Source: Podarcis erhardii (Eukaryota). Taken from it: a stretch of DNA of 64,000 nt. The first letter of the stretch is position 1, and each line of letters begins with the position of its first letter. The notes under the pieces were generated by a model. It saw only the letters and a program-made list of their open reading frames with translations. It was not told the DNA's origin and did no database searches. The stretch lies in the NCBI GenBank assembly GCA_964252035.1, contig OZ176202.1. One strand, given 5' to 3'. Shown one piece after another: positions 11,592-25,631 of this stretch. The position numbers and the translations under genes were made by a program.

Positions 11592-12187
11592 TTTCTACAA
11601 TCTAAAAAATAAAAATAGCCATTATTGGACTAACTAGGGCTACACAAATAAGTTTTAAATTAATTTGGAATAGAAAGAAATTAACGGTTAATAATGGTTT
11701 CTGAAACAGAAGGAAACAGGGTTCTTTGAAAATGTATTTGTATAAAATCTGGAACGCTATAGCCCAATTGAATTAATTTATGAAATAATGTGCAGCAGGT
11801 AAGCAGTGCCCCCCACCCCAAAATAAATTGTAAACAATGTTTAAGGCTGGAAGTAACATGCTTTCCCCCCATGATGAATCATTGTCCTTTAACACATCAT
11901 TCTGATAAACTTTTCATAAAGGTCCTCAAGAGTTACCAATGATGGTTTAAATGGGAAATAGAGTGGAACTTGTGCAGTAAGAAAGTGCAACGTGTATTTC
12001 CCTATTGGCATACTATTTTGAAGCAAGGACAGCTTCAAAATGTTTGAAGAACACCTGGTATTTCATCTTCTCCTCTTAAAAAGGTAATTGCCTTTCCTCC
12101 TTCCACTGATATGACTGGATTCATCAAATAAGCATATTTGGACATATGATTTCATTTGGTTGGATTGCAGAAGTTCTGGCACAGTCA

Positions 12188-12199
12188 TCATTCTTTTAT
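12188..12199 (-). CDS. HBS1L: HBS1L coding exon 18 (IKE*)
   Basis: cttctttttag|ATA AAA GAA TGA, followed directly by a second TGA; completes a 2043-nt frame. Confidence 0.9.
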   Translation of the reverse strand: MKE

Positions 12200-13058
12200 C
12201 TAAAAAGAAGAATTGAAAATTTTCAGAAAAGACATTGGCATTTATCCAAAGTGTACAAATGCAAAGACCTGGAACCAGGTTTGAAGGTGTTACTGAGCAA
12301 GGCCAGCACACAAGCTGACCATATTTTATTTATTTTTTAACTTTCACAGCTAACAGCAAGGGTGGGGAGTGGTAAGAATAGTAAGAGAGAGGGGAGAATT
12401 TTATAATGGGGAAATGGCATAAAGGTTTTTTTAAAACAAACAAACAAACAAACAAACCCTCCCCTAGCTCCGATACAAAATCTCTTGCCCTCACAACCTG
12501 CTTTTAAACAAGCAAGCAAAGAGACATTTGGTGATCCAAGCGCAGATCCCCCATCATCCCATCTAGTTTGGCGCTTAACCTTTTGTGAAAGAACTCAGCA
12601 AGACTTCTCTGCCTAAGATCACTGCGAGGTTCCCTAAACAAAATGCCGGTGTGTTTGGAACTTTGGAAAAGAATGGCAACTGAGCGGGAGATATGATAGA
12701 GGTTGATGAGATTATACATGGTGTGGAGAAACAAGAGACCCAGAACAAACAAAAGTGTTTTTCACATATTACATAGTTTACAGACGCTGTTGTCAGAAGT
12801 TGTAATGGGCTCAGATGGCTTTAAATTAAGATCTGACACATTTATGAAGAACAGGTTTTTATCAATAGATATAAGCCACCGTAGGCCAAAAAAACCTCTG
12901 GGTTCAGAGGCAGTATTCCACTGAACAGTAACTGAGTCTGTGTTTGTGCACACATTAGTGAATAGTAGGTGGTTTGTGCATGTTACCTCTATGGCCTAGG
13001 AACAAGATGTTGGACTGGGTGGACCATTGGTCGGATCCAGCATGGCTCTTCTATTAAT

Positions 13059-13617
13059 CATAGAATCATAGAGTTGGAAGAGACCACAAGGGCCATCGAG
13101 TCCAACCCCCTGCCAAGCAGGAAACACCATCAGAGCACTCCTGACATATGGTTGTCAAGCCTCTGCTTAAAGACCTACAAAGACGGAGACTCCACCACAC
13201 TCCTTGGCAGCAAATTCCACTGTCGAACAGCTCTTACTGTCAGGAAGTTCTTCCTAATGTTTAGGTGGAATCTTCTTTCTTGTAGTCTGGAACCATTGCT
13301 CTGTGTCCGCTTCTCTGGAGCAGCAGAAAACAACCTTTCTCCCTCCTCTATGTGACATCCTTTTATATATTTGAATATGGCTATCATATCACCCCTTAAC
13401 CTCCTCTTCTCCAGGCTAAACATGCCCAGCTCCCTTAGCCGTTCCTCATAAGGCATCGTTTCCAGGCCTTTGACCATTTTGGTTGCCCTCCTCTGGACAC
13501 GTTCCAGTTTGTCAGTGTCCTTCTTGAACTGTGGTGCCCAGAACTGGACACAGTACTCCAGGTGAGGTCTGACCAGAGCAGAATACAGTGGCACTATTAC
13601 TTCCCTTGATCTAGATG
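13059..13617 (-). mobile_element. CR1 LINE 3' fragment (young)
   Basis: RT C-terminus [32 protein letters not shown]; one premature TAG at 13177; ATTCTATG-type tail; TSD CTATTAAT. Confidence 0.93.
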
Positions 13618-14423
13618 CTATTAATTGGGACTTGTGTAAGAGCAATGGGGTATGGCGCACAAGGGCTACCTTCTTCTAGCCATGTTGAGCTTGGGATGTG
13701 ACTAAGCACATAAATGAGTGAAGAGCTGCAAGCAGAGCTCTTTGAAAGTGCACTGACACATCATTCCATGAAGCCGTTTCTGCAGTTAGCTAAAATGCTG
13801 CCCAATTGTAAGGTTTAAAAAGTGCACACGCAAAACCTTCACAATTTTCGTTCAGGAAGATGACTCTTATGCCACCCTGCCTCAAGAAAAGTTGTGCCAC
13901 TCAACTGCATAGACAATTCATCACATGACCTACTTGGCATCTCTGAAATACTAAAAACAAAAAAGTGCTTACATATACCACAGCCAAATAATGGCTTTTA
14001 AGCAGTATGCATTTTAACACAGCAGTCTCCTCTGAAGTAAAAACACAACTTTGCCTTTCTTCACATTGTACCTTCTAAGAAGTTTGGATGGGCAGATAAG
14101 GCCGAATCAAGCTATTCAAACATGTACCTCTCAAGTGACATGCTGTGGATTAAGGGAACTGAAATGCTGCCACTTTCTGCATTACAACAAGCAGCTGATC
14201 CACCATCTAATTTTCCGAGACAGACCATCTTGTGAGAACCTGATGCCCAACCTATTGAGGACTGGGATGACCAAGCCTCTTCTAATAGATTCCCAAACCC
14301 CAATCAAAGTAGGAGTGATGCTGGGCTAAACTACTTCCATCAAGGGGAAAAAAAAACCCAGTCAGCAAATTAAAGGATAGCATAAGAAAAGTGCAAATCA
14401 CCAAGGAAAAATAAGGAAGGAAA

Positions 14424-14748
14424 GATATGACTGCCATCTTCAAATACCCAAAGGGCTGTCACGTGGAAGATAGAGAAAGCTTATTTTCTACTGCTCTGGA
14501 GGGTAGGACCCATACCAATGGATTCAAGGAGATTTTGACTATCAGGAACAACTTTGTGACAGAAAGAGCTGTTAGCTTGTGGAACAGTCTCCTTAGGGAG
14601 GTTGTGGTCTCTCTTTCATTGGAAGCTTTAAGCAAAGGTTGGATGGTTATCTGCTATGGATGCTTTAGCTGAGATTCCTGCATTGCAGAGGGTTGGACTA
14701 GATGACTTTGGGGGTCCCTTCCAACTCTACAATTCTATGATTCTATGA
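14424..14748 (+). mobile_element. CR1 LINE 3' fragment (older subfamily)
   Basis: DMTAIFKY.KGCH..; ends ttccaactctacaattctatgattctatga. Confidence 0.88.
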
Positions 14749-15010
14749 GAATTGAGACCTGGACAGAAACGTGTTTACAAAGATTTTGGCCTGGGAGACG
14801 AAAAAAGTGCTAATATTTCTAAGTGGTGGTTGTTTATTTCCTTTAAAATGTTTAATAAAAGAGTCTCATTTCCAAGCCTGATTAGCTATTCAAGTAGTCT
14901 GTAGTTCATTGTGGGTGATTTTTTGAAACAAGTGGCTGGAACCTCAACGTAAAGAATATACCACTTCATGATCTGTCATTATAAAGCATGCATACAAACA
15001 TATGCTATAC

Positions 15011-15155
15011 CTCCGTCACAACTCCTGCAGCTATGGTGGAGCCACTGTAGCGCAACATGAACCTTCCAAGTTCTTTGAAGTCTTTATAAAGTTCCAGAGC
15101 AACAGGCCTTTGTGTTTGCAGTTCTACTAAAGCATTCTGTCCTTTAGTCAAACAC
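15011..15155 (-). CDS. HBS1L: HBS1L coding exon 17
   Basis: ttacag|G...GAG|gtatag; [48 protein letters not shown]; 145 nt. Confidence 0.96.
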
Positions 15156-15317
15156 CTGTAAGGGGAAAAGAGCAACAGTTCATATACATTGTTATTGGAT
15201 CTATTATTGTGCCTCTCCACATGTGTTCATGGAAAACACACATTTTGGGGAATTAGTAATACCAACTTTGGAATATTTACTGGAGACAAATGCTCACTGC
15301 AGACAGGATTGCATTGG

Positions 15318-15552
15318 AGATTCAGGTAGGTAGCCGTGTGGGTCTGACACAGTCGAAATAAATAAATAAAATTAAAAAATTGTCCAGTAGCACCTTAGAC
15401 TCCAACTAAGTTGGTTCTGGGTATAAGCTTTTGTTTGCACAGTAGTATCTGTAGAAGTGTGCATGCACACAAAAGCTTATACCCAGAACAAACTTAGTTG
15501 GTCTCTAAGGTGCTACTGGACAATTTCATGTGTTTTTTTTAATTTATTTATT
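15318..15552. mobile_element. Penelope-like element, inverted pseudo-LTR pair
   Basis: 13-bp TSD AGGATTGCATTGG (15305-15317, 15553-15565); two opposed copies of the pLTR end; hammerhead core degenerate (CUGUAGA, AAAA). Confidence 0.75.
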
Positions 15553-16699
15553 AGGATTGCATTGGTTAGAATTACTGAGCTTACTTTGGAGAATTTAGCA
15601 GTACCCATGAAAACCATTTATTGACAGGGCTTGCTTCAAAAAGACAGGAGTGGTCACACTGTGATCACAGCTGTGTTTTTTATTCATAAAATAATTTGAT
15701 TTTAAAAATAATGGTTTCCTGGCTTGAAGCACAAGTACAGAAACTTAAGCACAAAAGGGGCTAATAGCACATTAAACAGACCATCTTCTCCACATGCCCT
15801 GGACTTTATTGTGGAATAGGGGGAATGAGAATGTTGGAGAGGAAGAGTTGATTTATACAGTAAGAGGAACCTAAGCCTTCAGGATCCAGCCTACCTAGAA
15901 GGAGACTGGGGAGAACAAAGAAGAAAGATTCATATGTAAAATACTGGCTTTCCTGATCTCACAAGAGCCAAGAGACAGCAAAAATAAGGAAGTTGGAAAG
16001 AAGTCATACAGTTAAGACTTTTACCTGCCTTGGGGGGGGGGGGGCAAAGAACTGGATTTCCACTATAACCTTGAGGTGCACCAAACCTAAGGCCAGAGTC
16101 CATATCTGAGAGGTTGGACATAGCATCATTTCACAATAAAAGCTCAGGCTAACAGAATTTTCCTAGGTCTACTTCAGTCGTATCAACCAAGTGTAATCCC
16201 ACAAGGCTAAAGTACAGACACATAGTTACACCAGAGCAAGATATGCTGGCTGGCATCCATTGCCTTTGCAAGGGATCATTTTTAAATTAATTATAAATCC
16301 CATGGAGTTCAAGCAACCTAAAAAAGTTCCAGTGTTGGTATTCTCAAAATCTCTTGTTGGCACTTCTACAAGATGGAATCTCATACACAGAATTTTAAAA
16401 AAAGGCAGGAATATGATACAAGCAGAGAGAATATAAAACCAAGAATGGTACTTCAAGCACCTATCTCTCTAGAACTAAGAAAAGGCAGCCAAATGACATG
16501 CTCAGAACATCCTTAGCAACATATTTGTTAGTTTGTTTCAGAATGCTTTGAGATCTAAATGTAAGATCAACTATTTGCATTTTATCTGCCTATCTGATTA
16601 TCTCTCTTCCCATTTCCACTATGCTTAACATGATAGAAATTTGAGTTGGACTTGCTATGCAACACATTTTTTACCAAAATTTCCACTTAAAATACTTAC

Positions 16700-16800
16700 T
16701 TAGGCTTTTTCTTTGTGACTTCACCTGTACTCTTGTGAAGCACACTCAATAACCTCCTAATAGTGGCAGGCTCGCTTACAGTTTGAAAATGTAAAAGCAC
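16700..16800 (-). CDS. HBS1L: HBS1L coding exon 16
   Basis: tttcag|GTG...CCTAA|gtaagt; [33 protein letters not shown]; 101 nt. Confidence 0.96.
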
Positions 16801-16934
16801 CTGAAACAAGAGTTTGTTTTAATTGACAACCGCCTTAAAACTATTTTCAGCAGATGACAGAACGTGAACAGGACCGAAACGCTTCTATAAATGCATTTTG
16901 CAAGCTACAAGAAGAAAGATTTTGCACGTATAGC

Positions 16935-17450
16935 TGGGAAAGGTTCAGAAAAGGATAACCAGAATACTCAAGGGGTTGGAGCAACTAACCTCTAAGAGGA
17001 AGGGTTACAACATTTGAGGTTTTTTAGTTTAGAGAAAAGGCAAGTAAGGGAGAGGGACAGGACAGAGACATATAAAACTATGTATGCATGGTGCGAAGAA
17101 GGTGGATAGGGAAAAATTTTCCTCCCTCATCAAGTTATCCAAGGCAGATGAATGTTGGATAATTCAGGACAAAGGGAAGTACCTTGTCACACAGCACGCA
17201 GTTAAACTATGGAATTTGCTCCCACAAGAGATAGTGATTGCCACCAAGTTGGATGGCTTTAAAAGGCAATCAATTGCTACTAACTATGACAGCTAGGTTC
17301 TATCCCCATTGCTGGAGGTAGTATGCCTCTGAATAATTATTGTTGGGAATTATAGGTATGGGAGAGTGTTCAGGTTCGACATGTGGGCTTCCTATGGCCA
17401 CCTGATTCTGCACTGTTAGACCAGAGAACAGTATGAAACAAAGCAGTTGC
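16935..17450 (+). mobile_element. CR1/L3-like LINE 3' fragment
   Basis: Degenerate RT C-terminus (TQHAVKLWNLLPQEIV..TKLDGFKR); tail remnant near 17640-17700. Confidence 0.7.
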
Positions 17451-18038
17451 ATTTGCTAAATGACCTCCGTGTGTAAACACAACTTGCCTTTCTTCTCTTT
17501 TTCCATGGGTCGCTGCCCTCCCCAAATCTACCCTGAAAGATCCCCCAGAATACATTTAGGGGGTGCATGGGGTGAGTGGAGGGGAGTTCTGTTGCGCAGT
17601 CAGAAATCCTTGCACTAATGTAAATACTTTTTTGGCTACCACCCAGAGTTCTGGACTAGATGGATATTTGACTTGATCCAAGAGGCTTTTCTTATGAACT
17701 CCTTACAATGTTAACCAAAACTGTCTCTTGATTTAATTGTGCAGTCCACATGTGGCCATCTTTCTGTCTCTCAGTCTCAAGTAGTGCTTTTGCCTACTAT
17801 CTTAACCCATGATTTTGAACCTTCAAAATACCACTGTAATGAATACAGCCAATCTTCTTCAAGAGCAGCATTTCAAGATGTATTCTCTGCTTTAGGATGT
17901 GTGCAGCAAAGCAGGTACACATCACTGTGCAGTACATATAGAATGAATCTAATTAAAAAGCAGGCATGTGCATGAGTGATAAAATGCTAAAACACAGAAC
18001 GTAAGGTCTTCAGAAAACAAAGACAGTGCCACACTTAC

Positions 18039-18147
18039 AGGGAATCCTTTGGTGATAGGAACTTCAATATTGAAGATGAGGATCCGAGCTCTGAAACGCA
18101 TGCAAGCTTTAATAGGTTCCTTGGGGCAACAAAATATGCACGCAACA
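18039..18147 (-). CDS. HBS1L: HBS1L coding exon 15
   Basis: ttgcag|T...CCT|gtaagt; [36 protein letters not shown]; 109 nt. Confidence 0.96.
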
Positions 18148-19748
18148 CTGCAAGAGAGATTGTGAAGAAACAAATCAGGCTAAGTGCATCTGGGTTTTAA
18201 ATGTGGTAACACCAAGAGGCATGCTTAGATGACAAACTAACATGGAGACTGCATCAATTCCCACTGTCATCCTTTGGCCTATACCAGGCTGATGCTTTCC
18301 CACAGTGATCAATCCTATTTGTGTGTCCAGACTGTGCCAGGGTGAGGTTTGCCCTGAGTTGGGCTGGATAGGATTGGCAGCAGCAGTGCTACCAACAGGT
18401 ACCCTAGAAGTAATATTTATTACTGTTTGGGGATTGCTAGCTCTTCTAAAGTGCACACACATTCTGTTAGGCAGGAGGAGATATGGAAGTGGTTATTTTA
18501 TGTATGTTTGGGTAGCACATTGCTTTCTACCATATTGTCCCAAATGCTCTACAAAATTTCACATACATAAAACAAAGCAGAGAGTAGGAGTTTGCTATGG
18601 GTTCTCCAAGTAATTTTTAGTGTGATGTGTGGAGGAAGGTGATGCTATTTGTTCACAACATTATAAGTCAGGCAGAATTATGGCTTACTGAGCTTTCAGC
18701 AGCAGTCTTCTTAACTCCTTTCCCCTCTCTCTAGCTACTTAGTCCATCATGACTAATACGAACAGTGATCACCATGTCAAGATCACTAAATCTCTTTATT
18801 TTCTCATCTCCATAAGTCAAATAATATAGATTCAGTCATTCATTCCACTAATTGGTAACAAGTACAGAGAATCTCTGAGGGTGCAATCCTAACCCCATTT
18901 ATCTGGGAGTAAGACCCACTGAAATCAAAAGGGTTTCCTCCTGAGCAAATATGGTTATGATCATGCTATTTAATATCAAGTGACCCATTCTCCTGCTTCT
19001 CTCCTTCACACATACCCAGCACCACCAAACTGAATTAACCAGTTAAGATTCCCTTAGTATGTCAACTCCAGTACTGCTCTACATAGTAAACTCCAATGGT
19101 GCTTGTTTTTATGGAGATTAGTACCTTAATGTAGAGTGCCACTTTTAGCTCTTGTCCGTCCCGTCCCCCCGACACACACACACACACACACATATTTATT
19201 TGGAAGAAGACAAGCGCTAACTCTTCCTTGGTCATCACAGTCTCTTCAATACTTTCTGCCAAATTTAACCCCTTTCTGCTTCTTTTTTGAGCCCCATCTT
19301 CTTTTGACTGGTCTATCTCAGTCAAACAGCAGTCACATTGTACTGTTTCTGTTCCTTACAGTACCAAGTGTACTAGTAGTGTTAAAATAACTGTTGTTCA
19401 GTAGCAGCAAAGATTTTTTTAAAAAATAAAACCCAATGTTATACGCAATCTATCTGAGCACTCTTTTGCCTCCCAAAACTCCAGATGAATATACCAACAA
19501 ATCGTTATGCCTGGCCCTTATTCATTTTTTTAACCCAACAATTGCCTGACTGTGATCAAGACCACTGCCAGTTTCACATCGTCTATTGCATGCAGGCTAG
19601 GTGATTTGCAGTTCTCTTGCTATCCAGGTAGCAAGCCTCCCACACCCTCCCTCCCCAACCGGTAAACCACTGATTATCAACTGCAACGGTTAGAAAGCTT
19701 CATGTTAAATATAAACCGTTGCTTAGGCAAAGTCTTTTCTGTACTCAC

Positions 19749-19839
19749 TTGATTTTGATGATATCCATGCCAGTCAAAGTGAGAATAACGTGATCTCCTG
19801 CTGCAGCCCAATCCACTGGTTCATCATGTAGGGCAATTC
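19749..19839 (-). CDS. HBS1L: HBS1L coding exon 14
   Basis: ttctag|GA...ATCAA|gtgagt; [30 protein letters not shown]; 91 nt. Confidence 0.96.
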
Positions 19840-21439
19840 CTAGAAATGAGTAAAACCAGAACTAAACAGTGAACTACCTTGGTTTAACTGCTACAAACAG
19901 CTCTGTTTTTGCCAGTTCTGCTGCATCAACCACGACTCATCAGTTTTCAGTATGAATGAGGTGATAGTAAAAGCTGTTGACTAAAACCTCAGACAGCTTT
20001 TCTTCTCGGGAACTACCATCATCTAAAGTCACCTTGCCTTACGGAGTGAGTTTTCTGCAAGTCAATGTTCAGCTATATGCCTGTCACACTGCACAGGTGT
20101 CACAATTTTGAAAGTATGACTGCACAAGAATTTAAGAAGGAATTTATTATTTATGGTACAAGCACACTGTCTGCAAACTTTTAAAAATCTCGGTCGTACC
20201 TGCTTTCATTTTTCACCAAATGAGTTTTTGTTTGCTTTCGACGTAATGGTGAAACAAATGGGTATGCTATGAAGCATACTAAACTCTGTACTAAATCATA
20301 TGTATGAGTTACTGAAGAATTCCTGAGCTTATATGCTGATGGCTAAATGCATGAACATCTAGAGCTTTGAAGCATTCATATGGTTGTTGGAAACCGTAAC
20401 TGGGAAAAGGAGGCAAATTTGGAAAAAGTGTTCTGGAAATGCTGTACTTAATTTGAAAGTACTAAACTTTCAGAAAAAGCACTATACTGTCATATTAATT
20501 TAATGCTTGATTTTACAAAGTTATTGCCTCATATTTGGGATATACATAAAGCAAACCCAAACCAATAATAATGCCTTGTCCATTAAAACCATATAATTGT
20601 TCAGTTTAATCTACAATAAAAATATTCTGCAAGTTGTGAAAACCAATAAAGTATAAGCTTGGAATGCAGTCCAGCTATACACACATACACACTGACTCAG
20701 CTAATTATAATGGAAATTAATATTGCTTTGCAATGTGACTTCTGTAAAGAATATTTTAAGTAGCAATCCTATACAAGAAATAATGTTAAATGAAATAAAC
20801 TGAATCCTGACTACTAGGATTATTTTCTCACAAATGTTGAAGTATTACAGTCTGAAAAAGGCTGCTTAGAGAAATCTCTATATCACTTTCTCTCCCTCCC
20901 TGTCTATAGCATTCTTACTATGCCAGCTATTAGTGGAAAGTTCAACAGTAACATGACAGCAGCTATATTATTGTTTCATTCTAATAACTGATATAATGCA
21001 AATTATTTAAGTACTTCCATACGACCTTTCAACCTAAGGAAATTTTAAACTTTAAAAATGTGTATATAAACACACAACCTGCAATAAAAATTACAAAATA
21101 TCCAGTAACAATATCTTACTAATGAAATCAAATAGCAGCAATTAAAACAGCTGCAAGGAGTGAGCATAAAACTGGGTCATATAAAACAACCAAGAGGAGC
21201 ATAAAGATGCCAGCAAAATGAAAAGCTTGATGAAGGGGTGGGGAGGGGAATTACCACCTTACATTCAATAGAGGGAAAGCAAATCAAACATATCTAGATA
21301 GGGAATTGCACAACTGGGTGTTGCAACTGGGTGCCTTCCATTGCCACCAGCCACATTCAATCAGAAGGCAGCAGGATGTGGGGCAATACCTCTAAAATGA
21401 TGACAATAGTGAACAGGTTTTTGTAGAAGCATGCCATTC

Positions 21440-21700
21440 AATATCTTGGCTCTAACCACCCACCCACCCAAAGTGGAAGCCAATGAAGATGGGGGTGTAG
21501 GGGGGTGAAATATGCTTCAATAAATGTAAGAGTGGTGCAGTAATCCAATACTGATGTCACCATGGCAGTTAATGGTTTCTGCTTTATCCAGGAATGCATG
21601 CAGCTGCTGCAAAAGTGCTCTTGGCCACAGCTGCTTTCTGGGCCTCCAGGAGCAGAGCTGCTCTCAAGCAACACTCACAGTTCAGCAGAAGGAATCACCC
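21440..21700 (-). mobile_element. Degenerate L2 LINE fragment
   Basis: AMVTSVLDYC and LHWLP motifs of the L2 RT C-terminus. Confidence 0.5.
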
Positions 21701-21804
21701 AATTTTCTTGGAGGTTTTCACATGCAACAGTGTAGATTAACACATTCTAAAGCTGCCTGCAGGGTAACCCAAAGGGAGATCATCCATCAGCCTCTATACT
21801 ATAC

Positions 21805-21909
21805 CTTTTACAGTGCAAGTTTCATTAGGAGGCATCGCTAGCAGTCGATCTCCAACTTGAACATATCCTGCTTCAATTTTACCAGTCACACAAAATCCTG
21901 ATCCTTGAT
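21805..21909 (-). CDS. HBS1L: HBS1L coding exon 13
   Basis: ttgcag|AT...AAAG|gtatag; [35 protein letters not shown]; 105 nt. Confidence 0.96.
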
Positions 21910-23125
21910 CTGCAACAAAAACGTTGGTTGGAGACAGCAAAAGTATCATGCAACTTCTCTGAAGGTTGCACCACCAGAGATGCAATTTTTGATAAGATAA
22001 AAATAGTTGCACAATTGATTTTACATTGTAATGCAAAGCGAGTCTTTGATTTTATCAGTAAAACAAATCTCAAACACTGCAATAAGAAAACAATAACCAT
22101 CCAACCAGTAAGTTTTCGATTTGAAAAATGTACTCAAATATATTATGTTCCGTTGGGCTACCTATTGTGCTTCAGTGGTTTTAAAACTATTTTCTCACCA
22201 AACCTACAAATATGTGACTGGCTGGAGATGTTAAAACAGAGGGATTATGCTGGCACTAGGTTGCCACTCCAGCACCAAGAACTGTACTCTTCTGCAAGCA
22301 CAGTTCTCAGTTCAGTTGGGGATTCATAGTGGATGCAGAATGAGTAGGGAGGAGGGTGGGACGAAAACTTGAATTAGTTGGCTCTGCCTGCCATTGGCTC
22401 CAGCTCCTCCTACTACTGCCCACTTTGCTTTCCATCCTACCAGTCCCAATGGGCAACAGCTGCCACTGCATACACAGAATCTTTATTCAATGTGTGCCTA
22501 ACCATTATTGGAGAACCAGGGTGGAAATTCTTTCAGGACACTTTTGTTCTGCCCTCTCTACGATGAAAGTATTAGGGATGGGGAGTGGGAGACACATCCT
22601 AGATTCAAAAACCATTATAGGTGCCAACGTTCCCATGTGCCGACACAGCTGCTGAACTCAGCAGGTGTTTATTTATTTTCACTTAACAGAATGTATAGAC
22701 TGCTGTAGCAAAGAAAAATCTAAGCCATTTACATTAAAAGTTTAAAGTACTTATTTGAAAAACGCAGAAAAAAATCAACAAAATTTAAAAACAAGTACAT
22801 TGAAAATACAGATAAGAACAAATGAACTTAATAAAAGTTACAAGAAGTCTGGCCAATTCTCCAAATTTAAGAACTGCAGTGATAGAAAAGACATTTATAA
22901 TTGTGGATACTGTGTGTTGCACTACTGCAACAAGCTATGCAATGACCCTGCTACACCAGTACATGCACTTCAGTCAGTAATGAAAAGCAGGATATTACCT
23001 ATTCTAAGTAACATTTCTAGATTAGTTTTTTTAAATAAATATTTTTAGGAAATTTGCTCACCAGTGAAGGGAAATTGCATGACAGAAATTTTATTTTTTT
23101 TAATACTTAAAGAAAACTTACTAAC

Positions 23126-23194
23126 CTTTAAAAACATCCGATACACATAATCTGAATGGTTTCTCCACTGATCTTTGAGGTGGCTTGAAAGAAT
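23126..23194 (-). CDS. HBS1L: HBS1L coding exon 12
   Basis: ttacag|AT...AAAG|gttagt; [23 protein letters not shown]; 69 nt. Confidence 0.96.
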
Positions 23195-23324
23195 CTGTAA
23201 ATAAACCAATGTGCTCTGTGAATAGCTATGTCCTTTACAGCAAGCGATATTAATTTTTCTTTACTGCATTTCCCCAGCTGTGTACTGAATCTGTTCTAAA
23301 AATCTTACAGAAGTAAACACATAC

Positions 23325-23442
23325 CTATTTGTTCTAACAAGCATTTTCCTTCATACCACTTGGTCAGCTCACTCGCTTGACTTCTTGTGACAAGATTTTC
23401 ACCACCAAGCCCACTTGTAGGTATATAAGCTACGTCCGACTC
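23325..23442 (-). CDS. HBS1L: HBS1L coding exon 11 (G5)
   Basis: aaccag|GAG...ATAG|gtatgt; [39 protein letters not shown]; 118 nt. Confidence 0.96.
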
Positions 23443-24502
23443 CTGGTTGAGAGAAGTGTTTAATTTGCAGCGTGAAATTGGAAAGCAACTTTTCCAGCAT
23501 TATAAGTAGTATTTCTAAGCTTTTGAAACTCAAACTAAGATTCTTCTTGTGGAAGATAGAAAGCTAATGCTACTTAATCAGTTACTGAAGCTAATTAATA
23601 AGTCCTGCACTTCACAGAATATCGAAGGAGAAAGTAACACCTATAGCAATTTGATCCTTTCATGACATCACTGTATAGAACATCTCTCGCATACACATCC
23701 CCACACACCTTGAACTGACCAATAACAATTCCCTTCACACCTCACAAAAGGCAGGGCTCAATAAATCTATTGGTCTTCTCACCAGTGACAAAGGGCCTCT
23801 CCCTCACCTTGCAAGCCTTGCTGTAAAGCTTGGCTTGGCTTAAACTCTCTCTCCATCCCCTGCTCACCACGGAGGAAAGGAAAGGTGCTCTCTTTCATAA
23901 GCTGGGCTTCCACAAAAAGCATCAGCACTGCCTCACTGCTACTACTGCAAAAACTGAGAGGGAAGGGAAAGAAACCACACCCAGGATGGGTAGTCTCTTT
24001 CCCTTCAATTTAGTTTTTTTCAGAAAGCAGCAGCAAAATGCCAGCGGCGCTTCTCTAAAAGTTCAACTCTCTGGAGAAAAAAAAAATACTACTCATTTCC
24101 TCCACAGACAACATGGACAAGAGGAAAGGACGCTCTTGTTCTGTAATTTTTTCTTTTGAAGACAGCATTGAAGTTGAAGTATTGCTCTCCCAAGCAGTAG
24201 AAGTGGATATAAAACATCTGTCAGTGGAAAAGCAGAGGACTAGAATTCTAGTTCATTAAAAAGGAATTCTTGGCAGTCGGTAGCAAATTAAAGTATCAGC
24301 CCTTTGAAGAGCCAGCATAATTTTCAAGTAATAATTAGCCAGTCACCAGAAATTTTGTCACAGCCCTATCACATATCATATCCACACATTTAGAATGGGG
24401 CAATAGCATTTTGTGACCTTTCCTGTACCCATAGCAGTGGATATAGTCATTGAAAACTCAGACTTTTAATCAGTCACTTGAATTCTATATCATTTTCTTT
24501 AC

Positions 24503-24577
24503 CTTAAAGCCAGCTTGCTTCAGGAACTGCCCGAGCTTACTGACAATCTCCCGAAATCTTTCCTGTTGCCAATTGAC
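24503..24577 (-). CDS. HBS1L: HBS1L coding exon 10
   Basis: ttttag|GTC...AAG|gtaaag; [25 protein letters not shown]; 75 nt. Confidence 0.96.
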
Positions 24578-24947
24578 CTAAAATAAACACATAATATATC
24601 ACCAAGGAAAGATAAAGTACAAACACCATTCTTAACACAAGTGAAAATTATCTCTTGCCAAGAAGTAACATTAACAGTAAGACACCCCACCGAAAAATAA
24701 TTATAAAATAATAAGGTAACCCAGTAGAAAGAACACTGAGTGCTGAAAGAATCAAGAAAATCTTCATTTAAGTGTCAGCTAAGCCAATAAAACACTTTGT
24801 ACGTGTACCATTTTTTTCACAGAATTTCATCAATCTAGAATTCAACAAAATATTAGTTTCCTTGGAAAATAACCAAGCTCCATTTGTAACAACTTGTGTG
24901 TTCTCTTCTTGCAGAAAATAAATTTTAAGAAAGTCAAGGGAAAATAC

Positions 24948-25094
24948 CTGGTCCATTTTATTGACAGCAACTGCCAACTGTGTGACTCCAAGAGATCGAA
25001 CCAATAGTCCATGTTCTCGTGTTTGCCCACCAGTCTCAAATCCTGCTTCAAACTCCCCTCTGCTGGCATCCACCACTAATATAGCCACATCAGC
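24948..25094 (-). CDS. HBS1L: HBS1L coding exon 9 (G4)
   Basis: ccttag|GCT...CAG|gtattt; [19 protein letters not shown]...VNKMDQ; 147 nt. Confidence 0.97.
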
Positions 25095-25631
25095 CTAAGG
25101 AAGAATAATTGTTACACAGTATTTCTTGGCATTTATTAACCATACACAGCCGAGCCTAACCACATCTGTAATTTCTTCACAAATACGCTTCCTTTCCCCC
25201 TTTATGATAAAATGCATGCATATCTGAGTCACTCCAAAAATGTAAAGCCCCAATGGCGCCCATTGTATTGATACAGTAAGAACTACAAAGCTAAGATTCG
25301 CTATGCTCTTGCACAAACAGTGGAAAATGTATGGATCTATTATATATTTGGGAAAGCTAGTGTTTGTTTGCTTTGCATTTGAACAATGCTTCTGATACAA
25401 AAAAAATTTACACAATGGTTCCTGAGATCAAGAAGCAGGTTTGTGTCTATGCTTGAAGACAGCTGGGTGCCATTTTGAATCAAGATGGCATACTGCACAT
25501 TTCAAACTGCACAGATCTTAACCACTGATTTTAACCACTAAGTACTGCCAGTGAATGAACTGTTACAAAACTCAATTCAATGTGTTATCACTTCTTTTTA
25601 TAGACAGGTGACGCCAATAAAAAGTCTTTAC

